A DNA stretch of 57,949 nucleotides, filler included, from Sphacelaria rigidula (taxonomy: Eukaryota): assembly GCA_964200075.2 (NCBI GenBank). It is 9 parts of 9 records of this genome, joined end to end, with 100 filler letters (N's around TTAATTAATTAA, not from the genome) between each part and the next. Parts side by side here need not be neighbours in the genome. Positions count along the whole stretch, not along the records: positions 19,353 to 25,702 come from CAXNAA020020607.1; positions 25,803 to 32,152 come from CAXNAA020020608.1; positions 32,253 to 38,602 come from CAXNAA020020609.1; 6 more parts are not named here. One strand, written 5' to 3'. The position numbers were made by a program, and so were the translations under genes. The notes below the pieces were generated by a model that saw only the letters and a list, made by a program, of their open reading frames with translations, made no database searches and was not told where the DNA came from. Below are positions 23,281-37,100 of this stretch, piece by piece (position 1 is the stretch's first letter; every line of letters begins with the position of its first letter).

Positions 23281-24269
23281 CTTTTTGTGCAAGGCGCAGT
23301 ATCTGATTCTTGTGAGGTTGTATGCTGCGTGCATCTGTGCATCTACGCACTACAACACTGCCAGGTGACGTTGAGTGGGGGGGGTGAATTGTTATCTTTA
23401 CAGTGGAGCATACCCATGCGAAAAATAAACGCAATGTCATTCATGAACCGTCCCAATTCAACCCCACGCGGTTATCACAACCACATTTGAGATCCCTAGC
23501 ATACCCCCCCCCACCTCGCCAACCGAGCGTCGGGTTATCATTGAACCACCGCTACGCGACGTCCGTGGGGATTGCGATGGCTTCTTGTCCCTGAAAAAGG
23601 GTCAAACCAAGACCATTTCCGGGCCAACTGTTTTTCACAGCCGTTTGGCTACATGGGGGCGAGCGGCAACTCAATATTAAAAAATGGGTGTCAACTAAAC
23701 AAATATCAATTGATGGAATAAAAAAGACGAGAAAAAAAACAGACACCGTGAAGGGCCCGTACAAACATCACCAAACAGGCCTACGGGACAGAGAGAGTGT
23801 CCGTGAAAACGTGGGACAGAGGAATCACACACGACAGCAATGCTCCCCATAACCCCGTCGTGTCAGGCGCCATCGCTCGCGGTTGGCTTCAAGTGTCTGG
23901 TTGCCGCTACATATCAAGAACATTCAAGGGGAGAAGGGGGGAAGGGGGGCGGGGGTATTTCGACAAAAGTCAGCACAGAAGATTACTGCGGACGTGCTTC
24001 AAAAAGTTTCACGATGCCCTGAATGCGGAGGCTACCCTAGCCGCCCCAGCACGGAATTCCAAACAAAGCGTTCCGTACAAGTTGTGGTGAGCTCAGGCGC
24101 AAATCTTTTTCTCGATTTCTTGATGAATACACACCAAAAATGTAGCTGGAAAGGAGGTGTGCAACAATCGTCGATCAAGATGCAGAAACGAGTAGGAAGA
24201 TGCAACATTCGCGCCGCGTCCCGGTGGTCTACCTAGTCAAGTGAGACTAGTTGGCAAAGATTCGTTTTC

Positions 24270-24413
24270 TGAGAAAAATCTGATTTTCGATTGTTAAAAG
24301 CGTGAAGAAGTGAGCGGTGCGGGAGCGCTGGTGGTCATGATCCAATCCGCGATAACAAAATGTAAGGTCTTTGCCGGGGGAAAGATGGATCGAAAGTTTG
24401 ACGCGAAAAAAAA
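24270..24413 (+). mobile_element. Degenerate, internally deleted SINE family 1 fragment
   Basis: AAAAGCGTGAAGAAGTGAG...GTCATGATCCAATCCGCGATAACAAAATGTAAGG aligns with 47320-47450. Confidence 0.6.
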
Positions 24414-25471
24414 ACGGGACACACATTGTAACGGCTCCTGGGTTGGGGTAGCCGTCGCTATCGAGATGTGCTCCCATGTTGGGGAGGTGGCCACTGTGTT
24501 GCTCGTTACCCAACACCTCAGCCACGGTGTAGGACTTTACTCAGGAGCAGCACCGGTATAGCTTGTTTCGATACAGGAAGTATACCCGACATGGACGACC
24601 TGCAGTCGCAATTGGTGATTCTCAATCGCGAGCGGACGACGGCAATCTGGTCGCCACACACATTCCGCGTTCAGGCGAACCCTAGCTACACCCACGCCTG
24701 GACCCAACATGTTCCGAGATTTTGAAAATCAAATCAGGGGCTCACAGTCAACCTGTCTCACCCGGACGAACTACATACCCCCAATGAGGCCTAGGCCGCA
24801 AATCTCCAAGGGCCTTGGTCGCAAATCGTCAAGGGTAATAGTGAAAGACATGTTCAGCGCCCCTCCTGTTACTCGTAAGAGTCTGCATGGTCGAATGTGC
24901 AATCCGAAGACGGTGACGATAAAGAACAAGTCATTGACGACGACGTCAACTGCATCCACAACCGAAGCATCCCGTTACGTGTGCGGCCTGTTCCTCCTAC
25001 GCTCGAAACAGACGAACCCCGATGGCCACGGCGATTCGGGCGGCCAAGCGCGCGGAAATTTTCGCGTCGCCGAGCAACGATTCTCTCAGGTTCTTGCGAC
25101 GGCACTGGAGCAGGAATCCGTTCGTCGAATGCTCCATATATGGTTTCCACCTTCTCCCGATCCTCCTCGTCCACGCCCTCTGCCTGTCTCCAGAGATCCC
25201 CGTGGGTCTGCCAGGGGACCTCCCATCTGAGCTCCTCGATCTTTGGGTTTTATAGCAAGGATCTCAATTATCCACGAGCCGTCTAGATAGTCGCAGCATT
25301 TTTTTCTCCCTGCCACAAGAAAAAATGTCGACATAATTCAGCCCGAAACATTCCAGGGACGGCAATAATTAATTGATTGAAGATTGTTCGAGGATGGATG
25401 GTTGGATGGTTGATTTTATTTTTTGAACGAGGGAAAGACAATGTGGATCGAAAATAAATTCAATATCAATA

Positions 25472-25698
25472 TACAGCCGGGGTCACACAGGAGGAAGGTC
25501 AAAACAGGAGTTTTTGTTTGTTTGTTTGTTTTTAGTGCCCATCCTTCCTTCTGCGGTGGTTGCCTTTACTGTTTATCGCGAGAGGGGTTCAGCAGCCCCT
25601 TCCCCTCGTCGACCGTGAGGTCGAATTTTTGTGTACCCACGACATAGTCGCTCTCCACTGTTGGGCATGTTGTGAGAAAAATCCTAGATCGCTCCAGG
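25472..25698 (-). mobile_element. SINE family 2 copy, head lost at the contig end
   Basis: AGCCGGGGTCACACAGGAGGAAGGTC...CCTTCCTTCTGCGGTG...GTTGGGCATGTTGTGAGAAAAATCC matches 22992-23192. Confidence 0.75.
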
Positions 25699-25802
25699 AA
25701 TTNNNNNNNNNNNNNNNNNNNNNNNNNNNNNNNNNNNNNNNNNNNNTTAATTAATTAANNNNNNNNNNNNNNNNNNNNNNNNNNNNNNNNNNNNNNNNNN
25801 NN

Positions 25803-25862
25803 TGAGACCACGGACTCATCCCGAGGAAGGGGAGGGGTTGAAAGTGTGACGAAAAAAAAAAT
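25803..25862 (+). mobile_element. SINE family 1 3' end with A tail at the contig start
   Basis: CACGGACTCATCCCGAGGAAGGGGAGGGGTTGAAAGTGTGACG followed by an A run. Confidence 0.7.
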
Positions 25863-26443
25863 CGTAGGCCGCAGGCCATTGAGTAGTCATCTGCGTGTAC
25901 CGTCAAAATGGTTGCAGCATCGATTATTGTCTGACTGGCTCGTGGCTGCTGCGGATCGGGGCCCTTGTGGACTGCATGTACGCGTTTCGGGATATTGAGG
26001 TGGAACTCGAACATTAGGATCTTGCCAGGTGGAGGCCATAGCTAAATAATGACGCACAAATTTTTCGAACGGCGGTGCAATGCTTTTGTTCGTCTTAGTT
26101 GGTCGACAGCCGGTACACCGCGGTTACTATGGGCACTTCCAGGTTCGCGTACCCAAGAGTTCGCCACAAGAAGAGCACGCGGTACAGCACGTTGGCTGAT
26201 GAGTGCTCACCACCCAACGTATCGCACAACATCTTGCCCCCAGCAAGCGCTCAAGCCAGTCTACCACCTCTGTGGAGTAAGATTGATGATTTTGATTGAT
26301 TCGTTGTCGCACTTTAACTGGCTCCCCAGGGGTCCAGCCGTGGTCTCACGTAGACCATACCAGCATTTCACCACTAGCGAAGACACGAACAAAAACACGC
26401 CCAACGACCCATTACTAGGCTTACATAATAGCTAATATCTCAC

Positions 26444-29400
26444 CTGCGTACAGTAGTACCCTTCGTAGCATTCCCCGGTAATCTGACCAGTTTCACCTGC
26501 GCAATAACTTCCCCCAGGACACGCCTGCGGCGTCGGGGTCCCCTCGGGGCAGTATTCCCCCGCTTGACACGGTCCGCCTGACAACACAGGAAGGCCGACG
26601 GGAGCGAATGGGAGGCAATGCAGAGAGTTGTGCGTTCTGGCAAATGCCGATGTTTCTCCGCTCACACTGTACATGTTATCACCGAACTCCTCTTTGGAAG
26701 CATTCCATGAAACAAAGTGTCACAAATATGCCCAAAGTTTATCCCAATCTTCGCTAACATCAGCTCAAAAACATAAGCCATAGCGATGAGGCGAAGTTGC
26801 GGAGACACTTGGTATCCTCTGTGACTTCACGCCAACTTGTCTACTTAAGATATATATATATATATGTAAACAAGAGTTTCGGCGCCTTTCGCCGCCACGC
26901 TCAGTGGGTCGGCAGCAAAGATTCATGAGCATTGGTGATAGTTATGTGCGTTGTGTAATGGCACACGGTATGGTCTGAAGAAAACTCCGTAGCTGCTCAT
27001 CAGCTGAGCTGGTGGTGCATGACCTTGTATAAACCTGTTTGGATTCAATGACAAACAATTACTTGTGTGAGACGCTCGCACAACACACGCACACGAAGGG
27101 TCAGCACCCCTTGAGAAAATGCCGATTCCAAGTTCGGAAATGAAGTGAGAACCGTCGTATCCGGCCAGTCATGATGAACAAACGCTCATGTACCGTAAAA
27201 GTAGTGGCAGCAGCAGCAGCAGCAGCAGCAGCGCAGAGGCAGGAAAAAAAGGAGGTACAGTTGAAACGATGGGGCATGCATGTAGTATCAATGCATGCTT
27301 GAGGTATACAAGCCCTGCCCCGAGAGGAAACGTTTGTGTTAAATGAAGAGCGGTGGCATGATTGACGATATTGTCTCGCGTCTTTTGATTCTCAAAAATA
27401 CATGATGCCGACTCCATCTTCAAGTTAAAACGATGCCGATTCCACAAACGAAGAGCGGTCGAGATGGATGACGATACCCTCGACGGTGGAAGGGCCCCCT
27501 CACACGTGGACACAGGAAATTAAACGGGACGCATCGCAGCCCCCATAACGCCGCAACGCCATGCGGGAAACAATGGTATACTCTAAACCCAAGCAGAAAC
27601 AAAATACACCCTCATGTCCAGTGAAATTCAAGCGAAGAGATATTAGCAAAGAACACGTGCTCTAGAATCAATTAAAGACAAAATGCTGGCTTCTCAGAGG
27701 TTCAGAGAACAAAATGATCCCGAAAGACACGTACCTCAAAATCAAGGAAATACGAAATGCAATGGTACCAATACGTAAAGTGTAAAAATTGGAACGAATG
27801 ATGCTGATGCCAAATTCTATAAATTTTGAAAAGGCTGGGAAAAGTGTTGCATGATACAGCAGCTGAACAGAATGGAAGAGACATGCGTGCGGAATCGAAA
27901 CACGCTCGAGGTGGAGCATACCATTCCCAGACAACACCCTCCCAGTAATAGATATTCTGACGTAGGGTAAGCACCGGCCCAAAACTCACCAAGAATACAT
28001 CGTATGCCGCATCTCCTTCTTCTCCTTGTGCAGGGAGTAAGAACGTCTCTATAACAAAAGAGCGATGAGAGTCTGTCTTATCGGGATGAAAACTTTGTTT
28101 GCGGGATCAGTTTTCAGATTTGCACCAACAACGACCATGTTTCAATCCTATCGAAAACACTGGTTGCCCAGTGGTTGCCCAGATCTCCGAACAGCCTCAG
28201 AGACGCAGTGTTTCATTCCCTGCAGCGGTTGATGGTCCCAAAATCCTCACACATGTACAACAAAGGAGCGGGGAAGAAGCTCAACACCTGCACGCCGAGC
28301 TCCGAAAAGACTCGAAAGACACGTGCCGTACGCTCGCGTTAGTTCCAGCGCTAGCTCTTGCTCGAGTACACACAGCGGCCTTTGTTTGGCGGGAAAATGT
28401 TCAGCATTGGAGGACTAGCGGCCGGGCGGGCATCATTTCGCAACCCCAAACCCTGACGTTTGCTGACCCCCTTGTGTGGGTCTTCTCGGCACGCGTCTGA
28501 CGCAAATCATTGCTTTCAATTCACCTTAAAATTCAATAGGGGTGCATTTTTCAGTCCAAAGGTTGTCTGAGGCTGCACACCTAGACCCAGATATTTGTCA
28601 CCAAGAGGTTCCTACAGCAAAAGAGCCCCAGAAAAGAAAACAAAGTGCAGCCCTACCGTGGCACTGCTCTGAACCAAATCACCTCTCGCTCGGCTGATCA
28701 CCAGCTGAGGCTTAAACTAAGCGACGCCGGTGGGTCGGAAGTAGTGGGGCTCTCAGGTGATGGGGCTATGTTGGGTTTTGTGTTGAATATTTTGCATGTA
28801 TCCCTAGGGTTGCTACGACCATGTTCTCCTTTGAGTAAAGTTGATTGCTTCTTCACGCCGCGAACAATATTATTGGCGGTCTACTTCCGGAGTGGTGTCG
28901 CACCGACCAATCACATGGCGAAAATAGCAGACTGATTTAGAGTAAGAACAACTTACTCTGTCCCGATCAGACACGACCTGACTACTGTGTTGTTGCATTT
29001 TTCGTGCATTTAGCTCGGACGGTTAGGTGACCCAGACATCACCTTTGTGCACGGTGTTATCACTGGTTCATTCATAAGTATCACGCACTTTAATGGCAGC
29101 GACTTTGATATTGATTTCCGGGACGGTCACTGCTAGTAACGAGTCCACAACTCGCTCTTTGTTTTCTTCTCTTTGGTATTTGCCAAGAGTGTTGCCTTCG
29201 AGAGCCCCCTGTAGAACTAGGGGCTGAAGCATGGCATCACTAAGAAGAATCCTTGAGGTCGTTCTAAACAAACCCCCTAGTTTTGAGATTCCCCGGTCCT
29301 TCTTGTCCTCCCACCTTCTCAACTATTTCGTCATATTTTGGAAACAAAGTCTATTTTTTCGTCAGCGTCTTTCATCTCCACATGTTCACCCCCTTTGTCG

Positions 29401-31605
29401 TTTTTCTTCGTCTCGACATCAGCCCATCACAAGCTCGAAGTGCACGGATTTGAAATGACGTGAAAGGTTCGAAGGTGCCGTCATTGTCGAACGGGCCTCG
29501 TTGTCGGGTAACACGATGGGCACGTACCGGTTTCACATGTGCCATTTGACGTCAGGACGCAAAACGGTGTCGCTGAAAACGAGCCCCCTGTGCAGTAAAA
29601 TCCTTCCGCACACCTACCACGAAAAATACGGAGATGATGGCGCACAGTAGCATAGCACACAGTGCAACAAGAACAAGCAAGGAGGTTTTCAACGTAAGAG
29701 CGTGGGATGACGCACCTGGGCGACCATGCATGGGTGGACCGTTTCGCTTCCTCACGTCCCGCTCTCGAATTTCACGATGAAGAGTTATATGACCTCATAG
29801 ACATGTACCTCACGTGTGCCTAACCGTTCAGCCACCTTTTGTGCGTGCCATGATATTGCGTATACAACAGTGTCTGCCCACGAGTCGAAGCACTGTATTT
29901 CGGGGACCTCACATCAAGTGCAACTCCTGAAAAAAAAAATACGAACGACAAACAGATCGGATGATACAAGTTCATCACAATGCTAGGCAGGGTGAACACG
30001 CGAGTCGGCAAATGTACAAAACAGAGCATGCACGTATTTTTCTGCTTGCATGACAAACCCTGCTTTCCGCCAGATGAGAAATGATTTGTGGCATCTACAG
30101 TACGCTCCCCGCTGTCTTCTATTCCTTCTACTACTTGGAGCCCGTTGCCTAGCATGTTCCTCGCGCAGAGTGGTGTACCGATTTCGAAGTGACGTATTTG
30201 ATCGCTCTTTCAAGACTTCCAAATGCGCACACCTGTATTGTACGTATGCATGTAATGTACGCTGGGTTGGTAGATTTCGTTTTCTTGTCGCAGTTCTCAC
30301 CTGCCCGTGACGCTCGTATTGGCCGAACCTGCCACGTACGAGCCAGCCGGGGCATCTATACAACCAGCCAGCGACGAAGTCGTGTTTGTGTCGACATATG
30401 TACCGGGGGGGCAGGGGTACTCTTGAGCATATCGTGTCCCCTCCAAGCAATAATAGCTGTCAACGTAGAGTGAGTAGCATGACGAAGAAGAAGCCGGGGG
30501 GGGACGAGGTAGTTAGTAGTGGGTTGAAGTTGAAGCAGCAGCAGCAGCAGCAGCAGCGGCGGCGGCACCATCACCAACAACAACAACAAACGTGTTTCAC
30601 CTACTGACTGCAATATTCTGATCGAAAAGAGACTCAAACTGAAGTCCGCGGTAATCGGTACATGCCGAACTATCTGCATGTCAAACACCCAGCGAAGTTG
30701 ATCAAGCATTGGCATGTGGCCAAACATTCTCAGCCGAGCGATAAACTATTGGACCATTGGTCTCGATACACATCCCCATCAACGGCACTTACGAAATCGT
30801 GTCCAACTAACGCCAGGTATATGTGCATGTCTCCCGCATTCTCTGCAAGCGACGTGAGTGTGCAAGTGGATCGTTTTGCAGTTTTCTGGTATTATTCAAA
30901 ACCGGATTTCGAGTTCACAACTTCATAGATAATCAATCAATCAATCAACCCATGGTGGACGGAGAGAGCAGACCTTATCAAGTAAATACCTTTTTCATTT
31001 TTTTCTGGTCACACGAAGACGCTACGCACCACAGTTAGTTATACTCGGGTAACACATAAAATACCGAATCACTCAAAAAGGGTGCTTTGTGGTTCCTTGT
31101 AAGACGGAGGGATCTCTTCCAGCGTATAAATCTTCGTCACACACTCGTGCGATGTCACAAAAGTGGCGTTGTTTGGTACTGATGAAATTCAGCGTTGCAG
31201 TATGTACCAGAATCGACAAACGCATCTCCACCCGTACAACACTACAATGCCGCGCCACGCATCCGCACATGTCACTCACCCGGCAGGACACGGACCACTC
31301 AAGTACTCGGTAGAGTTTGCTACGCAGTAGTACCCCGCCGGGCACACAGTACACTCCTCCTGTCCCTCGAGACTGTTGTAGGTTCCCGCTTCACAGGCGA
31401 GGGGAGTATCGCTTCCCGCAGGGCAGTAGGTGCCATGGGGGCAAATATCTCCGCCGTATTCTAGGGTGGCAACGAAGTAAGTGCCCGCCGTGGGTGCGGC
31501 TCCCTCAACCCCACGTCTACAGTAGTATCCCGCGGAGCAGTTGCCTGTGGGATCTAGCAAGCCTGTCGTCTCGCAATATTGCCCGTCTGAGCAAGGCACG
31601 CAATC
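26444..31605 (-). CDS. Internal exons of a large Cys-rich repeat protein (GCC2/GCC3, ephrin-receptor-like CPxGxYC repeats)
   Basis: Exons 31605-31280, 30456-30301, 29613-29528 and 26577-26444 have GT/AG borders and matching phases (2,2,1): DCVPCSDGQYC...CPAG|YYCLEGTRYAQEYPCPPGTY...VTGR|CAEGFYCTGGS...CET|GGPCQAGEYCPEG...CYEGYYCTQ. Confidence 0.92.
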
Positions 31606-32283
31606 CTAGTTTGTGTTTGTACGGCGGGGCGACGTGCGGTAATTGACGACCAGGAAGCCATGGAAGAAGAAGGGGTCCTCACGACGAAACGGCAAGTGGG
31701 AGAGGTGTAGCGTTGGGCAGGATGGCGGTGAAGAGGAAGGCTAGCTCGGGTTTTTGTTTTTGACGAAGCGACAAAATCCTCATGAGATAGTCAACAAAGC
31801 TTACCGATTATTTTCAGCTGCTTTCCTCGTGATCAATTTCATGTGATGAGCTTTTAAAACGCTTATGTGTGAATGTACATCATTCGTATTGGACCCACGT
31901 TTTCCCTTGAGTACAGACGGCAAAAGAGCATGTGCTCCAGCGTCCATGTACCTACAGCGTCTAGATCCACACAGTCCCCTGTATCTCATCTTGTTCACGC
32001 ATGGAGCATAGAAAAGCAAAGTATTCCTGTAGGTAAAGTGTCCTCAGGCCTCAAAATATGGAGTGAGCTGGATGGGGGGGGGGGGGGGGGGGCGGGAGGG
32101 CTGCGAGGACGGGCGGGGCGGGGTGGGGCCACGGGTTGGCGGTAGGGAGGTGNNNNNNNNNNNNNNNNNNNNNNNNNNNNNNNNNNNNNNNNNNNNTTAA
32201 TTAATTAANNNNNNNNNNNNNNNNNNNNNNNNNNNNNNNNNNNNNNNNNNNNAGTACCGCATCTGAATTTGAATGTCCCTATG

Positions 32284-32600
32284 GTTAGGGTTAGGGTTAG
32301 GGTCAGGGGCGTGGTACCTGCAGGGACTGACCCGACCGGTTTCGAAAAACGTCCACCCTGAGGTGTTTTGAACTACGGCGCGGTCCTCTCAGCACGCGGT
32401 CCTCTCACGCATTACAGGGGTACCACGCCGTAGTTCAAAACATCTCAGGATCGACGTTTTACAACACCAAGCGGGCCAGTTCCTGCAGGGACCACGCCCC
32501 TGATCCTGACTCCAACAGTACCCCTAACCTTAGCCCTCACTACAGGGATGTTTGAACTCCTACGCGGTCCGAAACGCACGCGGCGCTCCCACCCATTACG
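32284..32600. repeat. Inverted repeat bounded by telomere-like (TTAGGG)n / CCCTAA units
   Basis: (TTAGGG)3 TCAGGGGCGTGGTACCTGCAGG...GTTTTGAACTACGGCG is mirrored by CGCCGTAGTTCAAAAC...CCTGCAGGGACCACGCCCCTGA...CCCTAACCTTAGCCCT. Confidence 0.75.
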
Positions 32601-34163
32601 AACAATGTTTTCGTGAGATTGAGAGCAGAGGATACGACTTAGATTGAGAAGCGGCCAAGTCATGAAGTAACAGCTTCTGTTTCGAAATGCCCGTCTACGA
32701 GACCCGGTACGCTTTCTGCAGCTTTCTATTGAAGCCCTTGATATTCCTGGGTACGATGTCGACGTGTAGCTGTAAGCATACACCAGTGAGAGTGGCAACG
32801 GAAAGCACACACAAAACAAAATTGGTCAAGTTAAAGCGGATTACTTAACCCACTCTCAGTCAATGCTCTACTCTCATTCTCACGCATAGATTGTTTACAG
32901 GGGATGCACACGCTCGTGAATGTGTGGTCTATTGCGCATCAATTGTGGGTGTACACTTTCAGGAGACTACGGGGAGAGGGTGTACCACCCCACAGATTGT
33001 AGTCTCTTCTTTGCTCGTACACATCGGTACTGACGTTCTTCCCGCTTTTGTGGACGTATGAAGGAGAGTTGAGGAAGTGATCAACTACGGGTACCACTTC
33101 AGAAGCTGTACGCAGGTCTGATAATCCCATATTCAGGCTGTAGAGTAAAAAATCGTGAACTAAATATCGCTCGTACCGGCATGAGAAAACGCCAGGTCAA
33201 CATCGTCCGCCTAGACACATCCGCTACCGGAATAGTTCACTTTACCCATCGTATCTTGTTGATCGTTGTCTGGCCCGAAGCGTACTGAATATCTTGGATA
33301 CGAATGACAGCCTGAAACGAGGTTCTTCATTTTCTGGTGTCGCCACTTCCAGAGACAGCCACGAACAGCCGATCATCGGAATTGAAGTTGAAGCTTTTCA
33401 TTGAGGATGAGAATCTGGAGGAATTTGTAAATGTTCGTATCCACATCAAATCTTCGGAATATGATTCCAATCTTTCACTCAGTGGTAGCTATTGAAAGTA
33501 CATCCTGGAAAATGGGGTCGACATCAAAAATGTTCAGGTGACATCTTTTTTGCAGGGATGACGCGAAACAGTAACACCGAGCGAAACCATCTTTCCCCCA
33601 AACTCTGCCGCAGTGAATCAGTTGTAGCCAAATGCATAGAACGAACGCGGTGTACACGCGTGTCGATGACGATATCACCAGACAGAGAAGCAACGACAGA
33701 GAGGAAACTCCTCGCCCGTGTCCTTTGTGTGTCCTCGCTCGGCGATTACCAATCGCTCGAGACACTGGCATCATGCATGTTACCAGCACGTACCGATTTT
33801 CTCATGTGCCGGTAGGCATGTTATTATGTTGGTGCGCACAGCCCCGCACAAAACATCGAACAGCGGAGATTTCGTCTCTTCTAGTCTCTGGAGCTCACCA
33901 ATGCGAAGATCGATCTATCTCTGCCTCTCTTTTTGGACAGGACCCGCCTCTGTGCGCTGAAAACCATGTTGAAAAACAGGGCCATGTTCCGGTCACCGCT
34001 ACTACTCTTCTGTCACACAGATGCCAGAAAGGGTGGTGCGCTGCGGCAAAAATAACAGATCCAATTTGAACTTGGGGGATGTTATTCATCGTCGATTTGA
34101 CCGGACATGACATATGTGACCATCCAGGTGCCCGACCACAAGAGCCTGCAACAGGCCATTTGA

Positions 34164-37100
34164 GGGGGGGGTGAGAGATGGGACACTTATGCAGACCTTC
34201 TTGACTGCGGAGCGAAAAAAAATACCGATGGTGGTGATCTGACTGTTGCTAGCATGGTGCAGAGGGGTGCATCAATTCTGCAATCTGGAGCTTTCGTTGC
34301 TCTACTCTACTGACTCCCGTCTACAGAGCATCTGCAAATTGGTCACACACGGTAACCATATTTCCATTATGTACCGAATCTCGGAACAGCTAAAGAAACA
34401 AAACAGTTGGATTTTCTAAACTACCCCTACATCATTGAAAATAATCTTGTTACCTGAGGAACTGCGGCTTCCCTAGGTTTTCCGAAATTCGGTACATAAT
34501 GTACATGTGGTTACCGTGTGTGACCGCTCCGCAGACTGTAGATTTCTGTCACTCAAGATCAGATTGCCATGTGGACTCCTCCCATCACGGGCACATGGAC
34601 TTCAGCAGCTTTAGTGATTCATGTGTCAACCTTCAGCATAGTACACGAGAAAAGGACCATAGCCTCTCTCCACCAGAGTGGCAAATCGGTCCTACTCGTC
34701 GTCCAGGTCACCATTACAGAGTCCGGCAATCAGACCCGCAACTCGACCTACAGTGTCCCTGACCTTAGGTAACAATGGTGGCTAGGTCTAAAGCACCCCC
34801 AAAGCTCTATACTACCAACAAGTAGTTACATCAGAGCTTGACAAACTCAGACATCATTGGTACCTGATAGTACCGTCGTTTTCCGCGAAAAATAGAAATC
34901 TCTTCCGCTGCTTTCGACAACAGCTCCATACAAGCTTGCCCCACTTCCGAACAACTCGCTAGAGATCCCAAGAATATTTCGTCCATCATGAACATGTAAT
35001 CACGCTACTTGCACCACTTCGAGTTAAAAAGCGATAGCTAGCGCCAAATTCTCAAATATTCGCCCACAACAAGTCCCTCAACATACAAAATGCACTCTTT
35101 GTACGTTCAACACCTGCGAAACAGAGTGCAATAGCCAAATGATACATCATCTTCACGCTAGAAGGAAATAAGCACCCAACACGTCTAAGAAAACCAACCA
35201 CGTGCTTGTTCAAATAGGTGACATTCCATACCAAAACGTGCCACGGTCAAAGATCATTGATGCATGCGCGCATGATGTCTTTATCTTCAATCGTCGGAAG
35301 CAGTCGCGTCATACCTGCACACATACGACAAGCCTACGCATTTCGTAGTTTGTTTCTCAATTCAGGCGAACAGCAGCAATCCATATATCCTGCACTCAGT
35401 ACGTGCAAACCGCACAAATATGATCCGACTGTGTTCCTGCGCGAACAGGATTATACGAGCTTCTCTTCATTTAGCATGCAGCAGTATATTGAAAACTGCC
35501 CCACCCTAGGTCGTCACCAGATACCATTCTTCATATCAGTACCATTTGAGCAAACGTTCGCACATGCCTGCCAGAATTCCACTTAGCATATGAAAATCCG
35601 CACATGCATGCCAATATTTCACTCAGCATATGCAATGTCACCTTCCTCGCAGCAAACACCATGCATCATCCGTGCCAACCAGATCAGTGCAACACACACA
35701 TGCCAAATATCCACGTGTACGCCAGAGCTTTACCCTGCACACGCGATACGATCATACTCGCTCAACAACCATGTTTCATGCGCAAGCATGACCACAAACG
35801 ACACAATAACAAGCTGAAATCGTTCATAATGTGTCTCCTCATTCTCAACAAGCACTCGATCACCACAGCACTTGCTCCTCAAGATCAGTACCCCACTCGG
35901 CGCTCACCACGACAGCAAACACCTTAGGTAATGCCTTCTTTGTAGTCCTCCAGCCCGCTCCTGAGAAACAGCAGCACTCAAACCACAACCCAATGCACAG
36001 CGTGGAGCAGCCTTTCTTCTCGGACTCTATCTCCTTGCACCTTCAGTCTAGCTACACCTGGCACCCCCATGGTGTAGCTCAGCACGCCTCTAAAAGGTAT
36101 ATTCGCACCGCCATCCCAATGCAACAGATCATCTGCCTCCACAGATACTTGGGCAGTACTGAACACTTGTGCTTCAGTCAGTTTTACAGAGGAAACCAGA
36201 GGCGAAACGGGAACAGCTACACAGTCCCGAACAGCAACACCTCCTGATGGCACACTATCCTCCTCAAACACCCCGCGGCGAAACAGTTGAGACACCTCCG
36301 CCATCGCCGCCGAATACGCCAAAGATGTCCGTTTAAACAGCAGTGCACACGACCACCCCAACACCACGCGACGCTCGTCGTCGCCGTCAGAATTGTGATC
36401 GCTAACAGCATCACGAGCTTGCAGCTCGCGCTGCGTACCCGCTTCGCGCGGGTCACACGCCCCTGTTGTTTCGATCATGCAAGGCGTGTCCACAGCCACG
36501 CGCTGCTCCGGCGGCAATTCCGCCAACCCGGCATCCACCTGTCCTTGAAGCAGACACCCCTGCAAATCATCTGAACGATCTCTTGCCATGTCACTGGAGC
36601 AGATAGATTCACCCTGAGCATCGCAAGCCCCAAGCTTGCTCTGCTCACTCTCATCACGAAGATAACACCCGCTTGCAGCGGTGAGCATGCACGGTGTGTC
36701 CCCAACCACGCTCTGGTCCGGCGGCCACAAGCAACCTGGACGTTTGCCGCTCAGCGCTAGATCATCGGAGCAAATTGGCTTCGCGCTTCAAACAGCAGTG
36801 GCAGCAGCGGCTGGATCAAATACTCCCGCTTCAGCCACCACCTCCTGCTCAGCGCACTCCTGAACGGCAACAGCGGCTGCTAAGCTGCCTGCAGTCTGCT
36901 CGAGCTGCGTGACATATTCGCCCTCTCCAGCAGCAATATCAGCATCCAAACTAATGCTTACCGTGGAACTGTCAGCCGGCGCTCTCTCATGCCTACCCGC
37001 TTTGACAGACACGTGCTGTGTCTCCTTCCCGCTCCTCACAATGGAAACAACTACCCTGTATCGTGGTTTAAGACGCGCCCTACTGACTGCACCTTCAGCG

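Noticed and set aside
30792..30843. Extra AG...GTAAGT exon in the Cys-rich gene
   Set aside because: The flanking exons already join in phase, the peptide lacks the repeat motif, and inclusion would shift the frame.
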